Part shown: piece after piece, positions 8,934 to 17,177 of the stretch | Layout: each line of letters opens with the position of its first letter | Numbering within the stretch: position 1 is the first letter of the stretch | From: Candidatus Solincola quzhuomuensis | Lineage (GTDB): Bacteria; Actinomycetota; Geothermincolia; Geothermincolales; RBG-13-55-18 | DNA length: 60,695 bases | Direction of reading: 5' to 3' | Assembly (NCBI GenBank): GCA_015711855.1 | Contig: JACVJF010000004.1 | Coordinates: 1-60,695 of the forward strand | Translations under genes and position numbers: made by a program | Notes under the pieces: model-generated | The model's input: only the letters and a program-made list of their open reading frames with translations | What the model was told of the DNA's origin: nothing | The model's database searches: none

Positions 8934-9872
8934 TTATCCGCCGATAGTGGTGGCCAGACCTTGTTCTTCCAGGATGTCCTGCAAGTCGGCGATCTCGCTA
9001 GCCGCCAGGCTTTCCACGTCACGGTATTCCCATTCCCTTCCCAACCAGCGGTATTTGTCCTGGCACCAGTTGTGGAAGGGAAGGAGGTCTACCTGGATGA
9101 TGGAGGGACCCAGCCCGGCGAGGAAGCGGGCCACCTGCTCCATGTGTTCCGGGGAATCGTTGAAACCCGGGATGACCGGTATGCGCACGATCACGTCTGC
9201 GCCCACCTCCGCCAGGCGCCGGAGGTTGGCCAGGATGGGTGAGTTGTTCACCCCTGTACGCAGTAGATGCTGCTTGCCGCTGAGGCACTTGATGTCGTAG
9301 AGGAATATGTCCGTGTAGGGACGCATGGAATCCAGGATTTCCCATTCGCAAAAACCGCTCGTGTCCAAACAGTTGTGAATGCCCCGTTCCTTGGCCCCGC
9401 GCAGCAGCTCCCGGGTGAATTCGGGGAAGGCGGTCGGTTCTCCCCCCGTCAGGGTCATGCCTCCGCCGGAATTGATGTAGAAGGGCATGTCCCTTTCCAC
9501 CTCGTCGAGGATCTCCTCTACCGTCTTGGGTTCCCCGACGCGCACCAGTGCGCCGTAAAAGCAGGCCTCCACGCACTTCATGCAATGGTCGCAGCGGGTG
9601 AGGTCTATCTTGTAGTAGTGCTCGTCTTCCTCGTCACCGCGCAAGGCTATGGGTGGCTGGATGGCTCCCCGGGCACAGGAGTCGAAACACATCCCGCACT
9701 GCCTGCACAGTGAGGGTTTCCAGTATATCTCCGGATAGAAATGTATGCACTCCGGGTTGTGGCACCAGGCGCAGTTCAGCCTGCATCCCTTGACGAAAAC
9801 CGTGGTGCGGATGCCCGGGCCGTCGTTTATGGAATAGCGCTGGATGTTGGTGATCAAGACCTGTTGAGACAT
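8934..9872 (-). CDS. assD: Glycyl-radical enzyme activating enzyme (first copy, AssD/MasG-like)
   Basis: DGPGIRTTVFVKGCRLNCAWCHNPE, two ferredoxin-like cysteine clusters, TGGEP, LLPFH. ATG at 9872 after GGGAG. Confidence 0.9.
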   Translation of the reverse strand: MSQQVLITNIQRYSINDGPGIRTTVFVKGCRLNCAWCHNPECIHFYPEIYWKPSLCRQCGMCFDSCARGAIQPPIALRGDEEDEHYYKIDLTRCDHCMKCVEACFYGALVRVGEPKTVEEILDEVERDMPFYINSGGGMTLTGGEPTAFPEFTRELLRGAKERGIHNCLDTSGFCEWEILDSMRPYTDIFLYDIKCLSGKQHLLRTGVNNSPILANLRRLAEVGADVIVRIPVIPGFNDSPEHMEQVARFLAGLGPSIIQVDLLPFHNWCQDKYRWLGREWEYRDVESLAASEIADLQDILEEQGLATTIGG

Positions 9873-9948
9873 TAAAGGACTCCCTTTTCCTTCCTTCCTG
9901 CGCCGAGGCCGCCACGATGTGCCGTGCGGATAACCGGTGTCGCGCACG

Positions 9949-10128
9949 TCAGGCGTTCTCTCTCTGCAGTTGCTTCTCGGCCCTCTCCTCCTCCAGCTCG
10001 TTCACCACCACCCAGGCATAGCACTGCGGGCACTCGCGGTACGCGGTCTCCGCATCCAAGGTGGTGTTGTAGAGGTAGCGAAAGTCGGACTTCACTCCCT
10101 CATATCCGCAGTTCTCGCACTTGACCAC
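9949..10128 (-). CDS. masE: MasE/delta-like rubredoxin-type small subunit (paralogue 2), 59 aa
   Basis: Not in the ORF track. GTG start after GGAGGT: MVKCENCGYEGVKSDFRYLYNTTLDAETAYRECPQCYAWVVVNELEEERAEKQLQRENA*. The CxxCG...FRYxYN...RxCPxC...V.EL pattern resembles MasE as I recall it. Confidence 0.8.
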   Translation of the reverse strand: MVKCENCGYEGVKSDFRYLYNTTLDAETAYRECPQCYAWVVVNELEEERAEKQLQRENA

Positions 10129-10131
10129 GGC

Positions 10132-10356
10132 TCATACCTCCCTGTTCTTACCGCTGAATTTCCTACCCCATATGTCGCTCAGGCCCCATGGTCTTTCGTC
10201 TTCGCTTTCTCCGTCTCTCTGCTCCAGTTCGTCCACGGGAAACGGGTTGAGGCAGATGGGGCACCGACGAATGGTGACGGGTCCCACCTCTGCCTGGGCC
10301 ACGAGTTGGAACTCCCCCAGAGACCCGTAGCGACCGCATCTCGGACAGACGACCAT
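10132..10356 (-). CDS. MasE/delta-like rubredoxin-type small subunit (paralogue 1)
   Basis: MVVCPRCG...EF...RRCPICLNPFPVDELE...PWG; packed between the beta-like gene and paralogue 2. Confidence 0.72.
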   Translation of the reverse strand: MVVCPRCGRYGSLGEFQLVAQAEVGPVTIRRCPICLNPFPVDELEQRDGESEDERPWGLSDIWGRKFSGKNREV

Positions 10357-10372
10357 GATGCTCGTGAGAAGG

Positions 10373-10672
10373 CTATTTCTCCTCTATCTGCCTCTGCGGA
10401 CGGAATTGAGGATCCCACATGAACTCGCTGGTATCCGTCCGGACCCGGTCGATCTCCTTGTAATGCGGGCAGTCGCTGGCATCGGTGTTGTCGAAGACCG
10501 GCTTGTTCTTCTCCCCGATCTTGATGGCCGTGCACAACCCGTCGCCTGCCGCCGATGCGGAGTTCTGCCGGAAGTTACTGCACATGGCGCAAGCCTTCTC
10601 CGGCATCTCCCGGCGTCCCTTGGAGATGGCTCCCTGGAGCCACTGCTGCCGCAGCTGTTCCCAATCGCTCAT
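10373..10672 (-). CDS. assB: Fumarate-adding enzyme beta-like Fe-S small subunit (AssB/MasB-like)
   Basis: 99 aa with four Cys (CAMC...GDGLC...DCPHY) spaced like FAE small subunits; immediately downstream of the alpha-subunit gene. Confidence 0.75.
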   Translation of the reverse strand: MSDWEQLRQQWLQGAISKGRREMPEKACAMCSNFRQNSASAAGDGLCTAIKIGEKNKPVFDNTDASDCPHYKEIDRVRTDTSEFMWDPQFRPQRQIEEK

Positions 10673-10736
10673 CGCTCTACCCCCTTCTCAAGCGGCCATG
10701 ATCGTGCGAGCCGCGACGATTCCAGGCTGACCCCGT

Positions 10737-13226
10737 TCAAACGCCGAGCTCCTGCACGTTGCGGGCGATGATGGTGTCCTGGGTCTTCTTGTTCAGGTCC
10801 ACGAAGTGGGCACTGTATCCGGCGATACGCACGATGAGCTCGGGGTACTTTTCGGGTTCCCTCTGGGCGGCCTTCAGGGTCTCGTTATCCACCATGTTGA
10901 ACTGCACGTGGTCGATCCCCAGCTCGGCCCAGGTCTTGATGTAGGAGTGCCAGATGTGGAAACCCTTTTCGCCGGCCAACTGCTGCGGGGACAGCCTTTG
11001 GTTGAGCAGGGTCGCCCGCACGTCTCCTATGTGGTCGATCTTGGCCACCGAGCGCAGGACGGCCGTGGGCCCTTTCTTGTCCAGGCCCGCTCCGGGAGAG
11101 CAGCCGCCGTCGTACAGGGTATCGCCCAGCCTCCTGCCGTTGGGCAGGGCCCACACCTTGGTGGCGTTGGTCACGTAAGCCGCGATGTTCTCCGGCAGCG
11201 GAGGCCAGGGGTTCCCGGTGGGATCCTTAATCTCCCAGGAGTGCTTGGCCACGTCGCGGTGGCAACGCACGTGTATCTGATCCACGTAGTCGTCGTCGTT
11301 GCCCCACTTGGGAGCGCGCACGAAATCCATGCGCATCTCCTCGTACCCCTCCCAGTTGTTCCTGAGGGCCTCGATGAGCTGGGCCATGGTGTACTTCTTC
11401 TCGTCGAAAACCAACTTCTTTACCGCGGCCAAGCTGTCGCCCGTCTCCATCCAGGCGAAGAAGGTGATCCAGGAATTGCCGCGTTCCGAGGGATGGGAGG
11501 AGTCCACCCCCAGCTCCACGCACCGTTCGTACAGGCCCGAAAGTAGCGGCCTGGGATCCAGGAATTGGGCCATGTAACGGCCTCCGTTGGTCAGCTTGAC
11601 CAGCGTGTCCATCATCCACTTGACCTGGGTGTACCAAGCCTGATAGAGCTCCTCGAAGGTCTCGAACTTGGAGGCGTCACCGGTGTGGGGCCCGAACTGC
11701 ATCTGGAGCACGTTGTCGTAACCGTCGAAGAGTGCGTATTCGATGGCCTTGGCGGCGATGATGGTGGCGTTGGCCATGCGGAAGGGCTGGCACCCCAGCT
11801 TGGTGTCCGGGCAGGGAGACATGCAGGCCTGGTGCACCCAGCGCCGCGCCTCCCGCAGGGGATGCTTGTGCCAGTGCATGGCGTTGGTGATGAGGATGGG
11901 GTCGTTGCGCATGGACGGATACCCCAAGCCCTGGCGAATGCACTCGAACACCTCCCGGAGCGTCTTCATCCTCACGTTCGGATGGTAGCGGAAGGCGAAG
12001 GTGGGGTTGGCCACCCTGACCAAGCGGGCCGCCTCCAAAAGGCAGTCGGTCATGTCGTTGCAGGCGTCGGTGCCGTCCTCGTTGACCCCTCCTATAGTCC
12101 ACACCCAGGTCCCGGTGATTCCCTGCAGGGTATCGCGGGCCAGCATCAGCCAGAACCACCCTACCTCATAGCAGCGGATGAGAAACTCCCCGGTGAGGTC
12201 CAGGGCTTCTTCGTGGGTGAGGACTTTATCCTGGTTGACGTCCTTGTCGTAGAAAGGCCCGTGCCAGTAATCGGGGCGGGCGGGCCAGGCTCCCTCGCAG
12301 GCCTCGTAGCGGCAGGCGATCTGGATGAAGTGGTCGAACTGGAGGGACTCGTGAAGGTGCTCCGGGGGCTTGGCAGGAACCTTCCAGCAGACCTCGGCGA
12401 TGCGCAGGAGCTCTTCCTTGCGCTTGGGATCGGTCTCGAAGTTCTCCGCGATTATCTTGGCCAGGCGGCTGTAACGTCGGGCCCAGCGAATGACCGCCTC
12501 CAGCACCACCTTCATGGACTTCCAGACGTCGAGTTTCTCGTAATAAGGAAGGTCTTCCGGGTCGGGGACCTTGTTGTAGATGCGGTCCTCCGCCTCCTTT
12601 ATGCGCTCGTCGATCTCGGCGATTATTCCCTCCAGACCCAGTCGGAACATGTAATCCCACTGCTTGGTGGCGTATCCTATGCGGGAGATGGGAAGACCCC
12701 AGCCTATGACCCCGGTGAGGAGCTTCACGATCTCCTCGGGCGGCACCAAGTTGAAGACCTTGGCCCCTGTGGTCTGAGGGTTCCAGTAATCGCAGAGCTC
12801 TCGGATGAGCTTCAGGTTCTCGTCCACCGGTTCAGGTATGACCGTCCGGTCGTTGTAGAGGTCCTCGTTGAGTAGGAAGAGGATCTCCGGGTGCCAGACG
12901 ATGGTGTGGGGCCGGGAGCCCAAGTACCCCATTATCTGGGCATGGTCCTGGATGAATATGGTGATGTTGTCGAAGACGTTGGCAAGGGCCTTGGCGTAGC
13001 GCATGCGCAGTGAGTCGTGTTCGTTCGCCTTAAAGGCCTCGGTGAACAGGACCGCTCGCTCAAGGTCGACCTTTACCCCAGGCTGATAGCCCGATCCCTT
13101 GGCTCCCTTCTTCCATACCGCCTTGCGCAGGTAATCCAGCCTTTTGGACCTCTTGTGTTCCGCCCACCACCACCATTGTCCGCTCTTTTCGATCTCCTCG
13201 ATGGTTCTCGTTTCCACCGCAGCCAT
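10737..13226 (-). CDS. assA: Alkylsuccinate synthase alpha subunit (AssA/MasD), glycyl-radical fumarate-adding enzyme
   Basis: About 829 aa PFL-family protein. Cys loop HQACMSPCP is followed by PFRMA (position of the fumarate-binding Arg). Gly loop is VRIAGYSAHF. N-terminal WWW.AE..RSKRLDYLRK.VWKKG is AssA/MasD-like rather than BssA-like. Confidence 0.92.
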   Translation of the reverse strand: MAAVETRTIEEIEKSGQWWWWAEHKRSKRLDYLRKAVWKKGAKGSGYQPGVKVDLERAVLFTEAFKANEHDSLRMRYAKALANVFDNITIFIQDHAQIMGYLGSRPHTIVWHPEILFLLNEDLYNDRTVIPEPVDENLKLIRELCDYWNPQTTGAKVFNLVPPEEIVKLLTGVIGWGLPISRIGYATKQWDYMFRLGLEGIIAEIDERIKEAEDRIYNKVPDPEDLPYYEKLDVWKSMKVVLEAVIRWARRYSRLAKIIAENFETDPKRKEELLRIAEVCWKVPAKPPEHLHESLQFDHFIQIACRYEACEGAWPARPDYWHGPFYDKDVNQDKVLTHEEALDLTGEFLIRCYEVGWFWLMLARDTLQGITGTWVWTIGGVNEDGTDACNDMTDCLLEAARLVRVANPTFAFRYHPNVRMKTLREVFECIRQGLGYPSMRNDPILITNAMHWHKHPLREARRWVHQACMSPCPDTKLGCQPFRMANATIIAAKAIEYALFDGYDNVLQMQFGPHTGDASKFETFEELYQAWYTQVKWMMDTLVKLTNGGRYMAQFLDPRPLLSGLYERCVELGVDSSHPSERGNSWITFFAWMETGDSLAAVKKLVFDEKKYTMAQLIEALRNNWEGYEEMRMDFVRAPKWGNDDDYVDQIHVRCHRDVAKHSWEIKDPTGNPWPPLPENIAAYVTNATKVWALPNGRRLGDTLYDGGCSPGAGLDKKGPTAVLRSVAKIDHIGDVRATLLNQRLSPQQLAGEKGFHIWHSYIKTWAELGIDHVQFNMVDNETLKAAQREPEKYPELIVRIAGYSAHFVDLNKKTQDTIIARNVQELGV

Positions 13227-13607
13227 TTTCAACCCCCTTATCTCTCGTCTTTCTTACGGGAATCGTCAGCTGGCTTTGCCGGCACGAAAAGGCTCCGTGA
13301 TCGTTTCCCCCAAAGCCGCTTACCGCCATCCCCCCTCTCCTCTCCGTCGGTCCCGCGTGACCTCTCCAAGTAAAGCGTCGAAGAAAAGCCCTTTGGACAA
13401 CTCTCCGTTGCTGCGTTGCGGCGATGCCTTGTGCGGACCTTTTCTCGTGCTGGGGTGCGTCTGCTGCGAAGAAAGGTAGATGCTGTGCAAGAAATTGTTC
13501 GATCGTCGCTTACCTACTCATTCCCTCAAAAAATTCAACTTGTATTTAGTAACCAGTTCTTAATTTTTATTATATTTCCTAATAAACTGGTATGTTAATT
13601 TGCCTTA

Positions 13608-13636
13608 ATTTTAGTAAAAGTGCACTAAATTTTCAA
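13608..13636 (-). promoter_or_regulatory. Putative sigma70-type promoter of the ass operon
   Basis: Minus strand TTGAAA (13636-13631), 17-nt spacer, TAAAAT (13613-13608), inside a strongly AT-rich island. Confidence 0.6.
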
Positions 13637-13860
13637 GGGGTTTTTCAATCTTTTTGGTGAGTTTTTTCCCGGGAGGGACGAGTTGCCACGACCAATTCGC
13701 TGGCAGTGCTCCAAAGCATGAGACTCGGAACCTGGGAGGGGGATTATCGAAAGGCACCTGCTCGCGGGCATGGCGTCGCCTCGTCGCGCCTTATCGGCAG
13801 AATCGCCCTTTTTAGCGAATATGGCCGCTCTTCCGCTCTTTTGCAGGAGGAAGGCCGGCC

Positions 13861-14661
13861 CTAACGCCCCTTGAACACGGGATCCCGCTTCTCTCGAAAA
13901 GCCGCCAAACCCTCCCTGGCGTCCTCGCTGGCCAGAGCTCGTCCCATCACGGCGTTGGCTTCCTCGCGTTCCTCCTCGGTCAGCGCCCGTGGCTGGGAGA
14001 TCATCTTGAGCAGTCGCTTGTGACCGGCCAGGGACAGGGGGGCGTTGGAAGCCAGGCGGTGGGCCAGATTCTCGGTGAAAGCCTCCAGTTCCTCATCGGG
14101 GACGAGATAGTCCAGCATCCCCATCTCGAATGCTTCCCGGGCCTCGAAGAGCTCGGCGGTGAGGAACACCTTCTTCGTGCGGGCCAGCCCCAGATTGCGT
14201 AGGAAGCGGTGTAGACCTTCCGGCGGGTAGACAATGCCCAGGCGAGCCGGGGGCATGCCCATGCGGCAGTTCTCCGACCCCACCCGCAGGTCGCAGGCCA
14301 TGCTGGTCTCGCATCCGGCCCCCACGCAGTAGCCCCTGATCATGGCGATGACCGGGAAGGGGCAGTCCTCGATGGCCTCCAACCCGTACTGCAGGGGACC
14401 CTTGGCCTCTATCTGCTTCTGGACCTCCTCGGGGATGCCCTCGGGCACGGCAGAGAGGTCCATACCGGCGGAAAAAGCCTTATCTCCGGATCCTCGAAGC
14501 ACGGCGCAGCGTACCGTCCCCCTCTCGGCCAAGTCCTGCAGGGCCCGAGCCAGGGAAATGAGTAGGGGGACGGATAGCGCGTTCCTGCGCTTCGGCCGGT
14601 TGATGGTCAGGAAAGCCAGCGGTTCCCTGATGTCCACCAGAAGCTCTTCGGCATCGCTCAT
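13861..14661 (-). CDS. Crotonase-superfamily protein, ScpB/methylmalonyl-CoA decarboxylase-like
   Basis: NRPKRRNAL, FSAGMDL, GAGCE and EG..AFREKR.P.F motifs. The second catalytic Glu position reads PPARLGIVY. Confidence 0.85.
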   Translation of the reverse strand: MSDAEELLVDIREPLAFLTINRPKRRNALSVPLLISLARALQDLAERGTVRCAVLRGSGDKAFSAGMDLSAVPEGIPEEVQKQIEAKGPLQYGLEAIEDCPFPVIAMIRGYCVGAGCETSMACDLRVGSENCRMGMPPARLGIVYPPEGLHRFLRNLGLARTKKVFLTAELFEAREAFEMGMLDYLVPDEELEAFTENLAHRLASNAPLSLAGHKRLLKMISQPRALTEEEREEANAVMGRALASEDAREGLAAFREKRDPVFKGR

Positions 14662-15098
14662 GGCCGCACCTCCCGTCTTTATTCTCTTATCTGTCTTTTT
14701 GCCGTCGGTTCACCCCTCTTGTCCCCGGGAAAAGATACGGAAGCAAACTGTACCTAAAAAGCACTCAGGCGACCGTCCAGGCCATTTAAAAATATTAACA
14801 CCAAGATCCCTCGCCCGCTTTGTGGTTCGCCCCTCGCTCCTTCCCCGCCCGGCCTTTCCCTCCGCGGCACCCGCCGAGGAGGGAAATCGTTTTTTCCTTT
14901 CGGGCACTTCCCTTGAGTGGCCGATAGCTCCTATGGCGGTCGAAAGGGAGCGCCTTTCACGCCCCTCTTTTACCGCTTCCGAGCGGGGGTCACGAGGACG
15001 TCGCGCTCGCTTTGCGATTCACGAGGGCATAACGGAGGGGAAGGCTCGGTGGTTCCCCGTCCGCATGCCCCCCTCGGGCGGCTGCCGGGGACGATCCC

Positions 15099-16646
15099 TC
15101 AGGAAGAGGCCCCGCCGTAGAGCTTGCGCAGTTCCTTCTTCAGGATCTTGCCGGTGAGGGTGCGGGGGATGGCCTCCACGAAGGTTATCTTCTTGGGTAT
15201 CTTGTAGCGGGCGAGCTTCCCCTCGCAGAAGGCCTCCATCTCCTCCATGGTGAGGGGGTCATCCGGGTTCTCCAGAAGGATCAGGGCGTGACCCACCTCA
15301 CCCCATTTCTCGTCCGGCATGCCGATGACCGCCACGTCCTTGACCTTGGGGTGCTCCATGAGCACCTTCTCCACCTCGGCGGGATAGATGTTCTCTCCGC
15401 CGGAGATGATCATGTCCTTCTTGCGGTCCACGACGTAGATGTACCCGTCCTCGTCCACGGTGGCCAGATCCCCGTAGTGGAACCATCCATCTTTCATCGC
15501 CTCCGCGGTCTCCTCGGGCATGTTCCAATAGCCCAACATCACGTAAGGGCCGCGGGAGCATATCTCCCCCACCTCGCCGGACCCCGGCCTCACCTCCGTG
15601 CCGTCCTCCTTGAGCACCTTCACCTCGGCGTGGAACATGGGGATGCCCGCGCTGCCGATCTTTTCCATGTTGGAACAGGAAAGCACGATGGAAGTCTCCG
15701 TGCACCCGAAGACCTGGATGAGGAGGGGCACCTTCATCTTCTCCACGATGCGGTCCAGTAGCTCCCGGGAGGCGGGAGCACCCCCTATCCCCACCCCCTT
15801 GAGGGAGGAAAGGTCGTACTGGGAGAAGCTGGGGACGTCCAGCATCATCTGGAGCATGGTGGGCACGGCGCCGAAGTGGGTGACCCGGTGGCGGTCGATG
15901 ATCTGTAGGGCCTCCTCCGGGTTCCAGAATCTCTGGAATATTATGGTACCTCCGATGTAGAAGGTGGGCATGGTGATGATGTTCAGGCCCCCGGAGTGAA
16001 AGAGGGGTATGGAGACCAGGGAGACGGCGTTGATGTCGAAAAGCAGCTCCAGGGTGTCGTTGAAGGTGTTCCAGAAGGTCTTGCGGTGGGGGAGCACAGC
16101 CCCTTTGGCCCGGCCGGTGGTCCCGGAGGTGTACATGATCATCTGGGGGTCCTCCATGTCTGGCGGTTCGGGTACCGCGGGTTCCTCTTCCCCGAAACCG
16201 GCCAACCACTCCTCGTAGGGGCGGCTGAAGTCGGGGACCGGGTCCCCCGCCGTGGCCAAGATCTCTATGGGTTCGCGGTAGAGCTCCCTCAGCTGACCAA
16301 CCGTGCCCGCAAACTCCGGGTGGAAGAAGAAGGCCCGGGGGTTGGTGTCCTTGAAGACGTACTCCAGTTCTTGGGGTGTGAGGCGGAAGTTGAGGGGGAT
16401 GAAGATGAACCCCGTCTTCGCACAGGCGAAGTACACCTCCATGAACTCGATGCTGTTGAAGAAGAGGGCGGCCACCCGGTCTCCTTTCTTCAGGCCCGCC
16501 TGGAGGAGCCCGTTGGCCACCTGGTTTACGCGTCCGTTGAACTCCGTATAGGTGAGAGCGCGATCCCCGGCTATGAAGGCCGTCTTGTCCTTGGTGAGAG
16601 GAAAGACAGCCCTCTTTAAAGCCCAGTTGCCCACGTTCACGATCAT
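15099..16646 (-). CDS. Acyl-CoA synthetase (AMP-forming; AssK-like candidate)
   Basis: YTSGTTGRAKG, FGCTET, GDL, DRKKDMIISGGENIYPAEVE and GKILK adenylation motifs. Confidence 0.92.
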   Translation of the reverse strand: MIVNVGNWALKRAVFPLTKDKTAFIAGDRALTYTEFNGRVNQVANGLLQAGLKKGDRVAALFFNSIEFMEVYFACAKTGFIFIPLNFRLTPQELEYVFKDTNPRAFFFHPEFAGTVGQLRELYREPIEILATAGDPVPDFSRPYEEWLAGFGEEEPAVPEPPDMEDPQMIMYTSGTTGRAKGAVLPHRKTFWNTFNDTLELLFDINAVSLVSIPLFHSGGLNIITMPTFYIGGTIIFQRFWNPEEALQIIDRHRVTHFGAVPTMLQMMLDVPSFSQYDLSSLKGVGIGGAPASRELLDRIVEKMKVPLLIQVFGCTETSIVLSCSNMEKIGSAGIPMFHAEVKVLKEDGTEVRPGSGEVGEICSRGPYVMLGYWNMPEETAEAMKDGWFHYGDLATVDEDGYIYVVDRKKDMIISGGENIYPAEVEKVLMEHPKVKDVAVIGMPDEKWGEVGHALILLENPDDPLTMEEMEAFCEGKLARYKIPKKITFVEAIPRTLTGKILKKELRKLYGGASS

Positions 16647-16831
16647 CACCCCCGTCAATCCCTGCTTCTCCGGACCCTGGCGAAGGCTTTCATGGCGGGC
16701 AGGCCGGAAAGAGGACCTAATATTGGGAGCTTCATGTCTCGCCTCTTTCTTCCCCGGACCGCACTTCCGCGGTAGGGAGGACGCGAATCCGAGGATCCGG
16801 TTTTGCCCAGCTCCGACAGCCCACGGGCAAA

Positions 16832-16926
16832 ATTATGGTATAAGGTTCACCTGATGTAAAGTATTAAAGTTCATAATCACTAAAATAGTTATTATGGAAA
16901 ATTGTCCCATAATATCGTATTTATGG
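16832..16926. promoter_or_regulatory. Divergent promoter region with alternating ATTATGG/CCATAAT boxes
   Basis: Boxes at 16832, 16872, 16891, 16907 and 16920. Minus-strand TTTACA (16860-16855)-N17-CATAAT (16837-16832) fits a promoter for the ligase. Confidence 0.55.
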
Positions 16927-17177
16927 CTTAAATAATATAAAATTCTACCTAATGAATATTTCTTTACACCGCCTTTTTTCTCTGATAACATACCCTGCAA
17001 AAGGGGTGGATGCGAGGCATCGGCAGCATTGCGGTTCTCACGCTACGATCGAGATAAAAACGGAGAATGCCGGGGGCGAACCGCCTTCCCCGTCGTCCGC
17101 TCCTTTCGGCGTTGAATGTCAAGCGGAACACGCACTGTTGCAGGAGGATCCGTAACGCGTATCGAGGGGGGATGGGT

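Noticed and set aside
10126-10137. In-frame TGA between delta paralogues 1 and 2 (GTA TGA GCC GTG), suggesting selenocysteine or readthrough
   Set aside because: The TGA does not align with a Cys position and no SECIS-like hairpin is evident. A GGAGGT RBS sits at the right spacing before the GTG, so two separate genes is simpler.
10737-13226. Annotation as pyruvate formate-lyase or benzylsuccinate synthase
   Set aside because: It has a single-Cys loop QACMSP (no CC as in PFL, not the LCMSPG of BssA), and MasE-like genes are adjacent.
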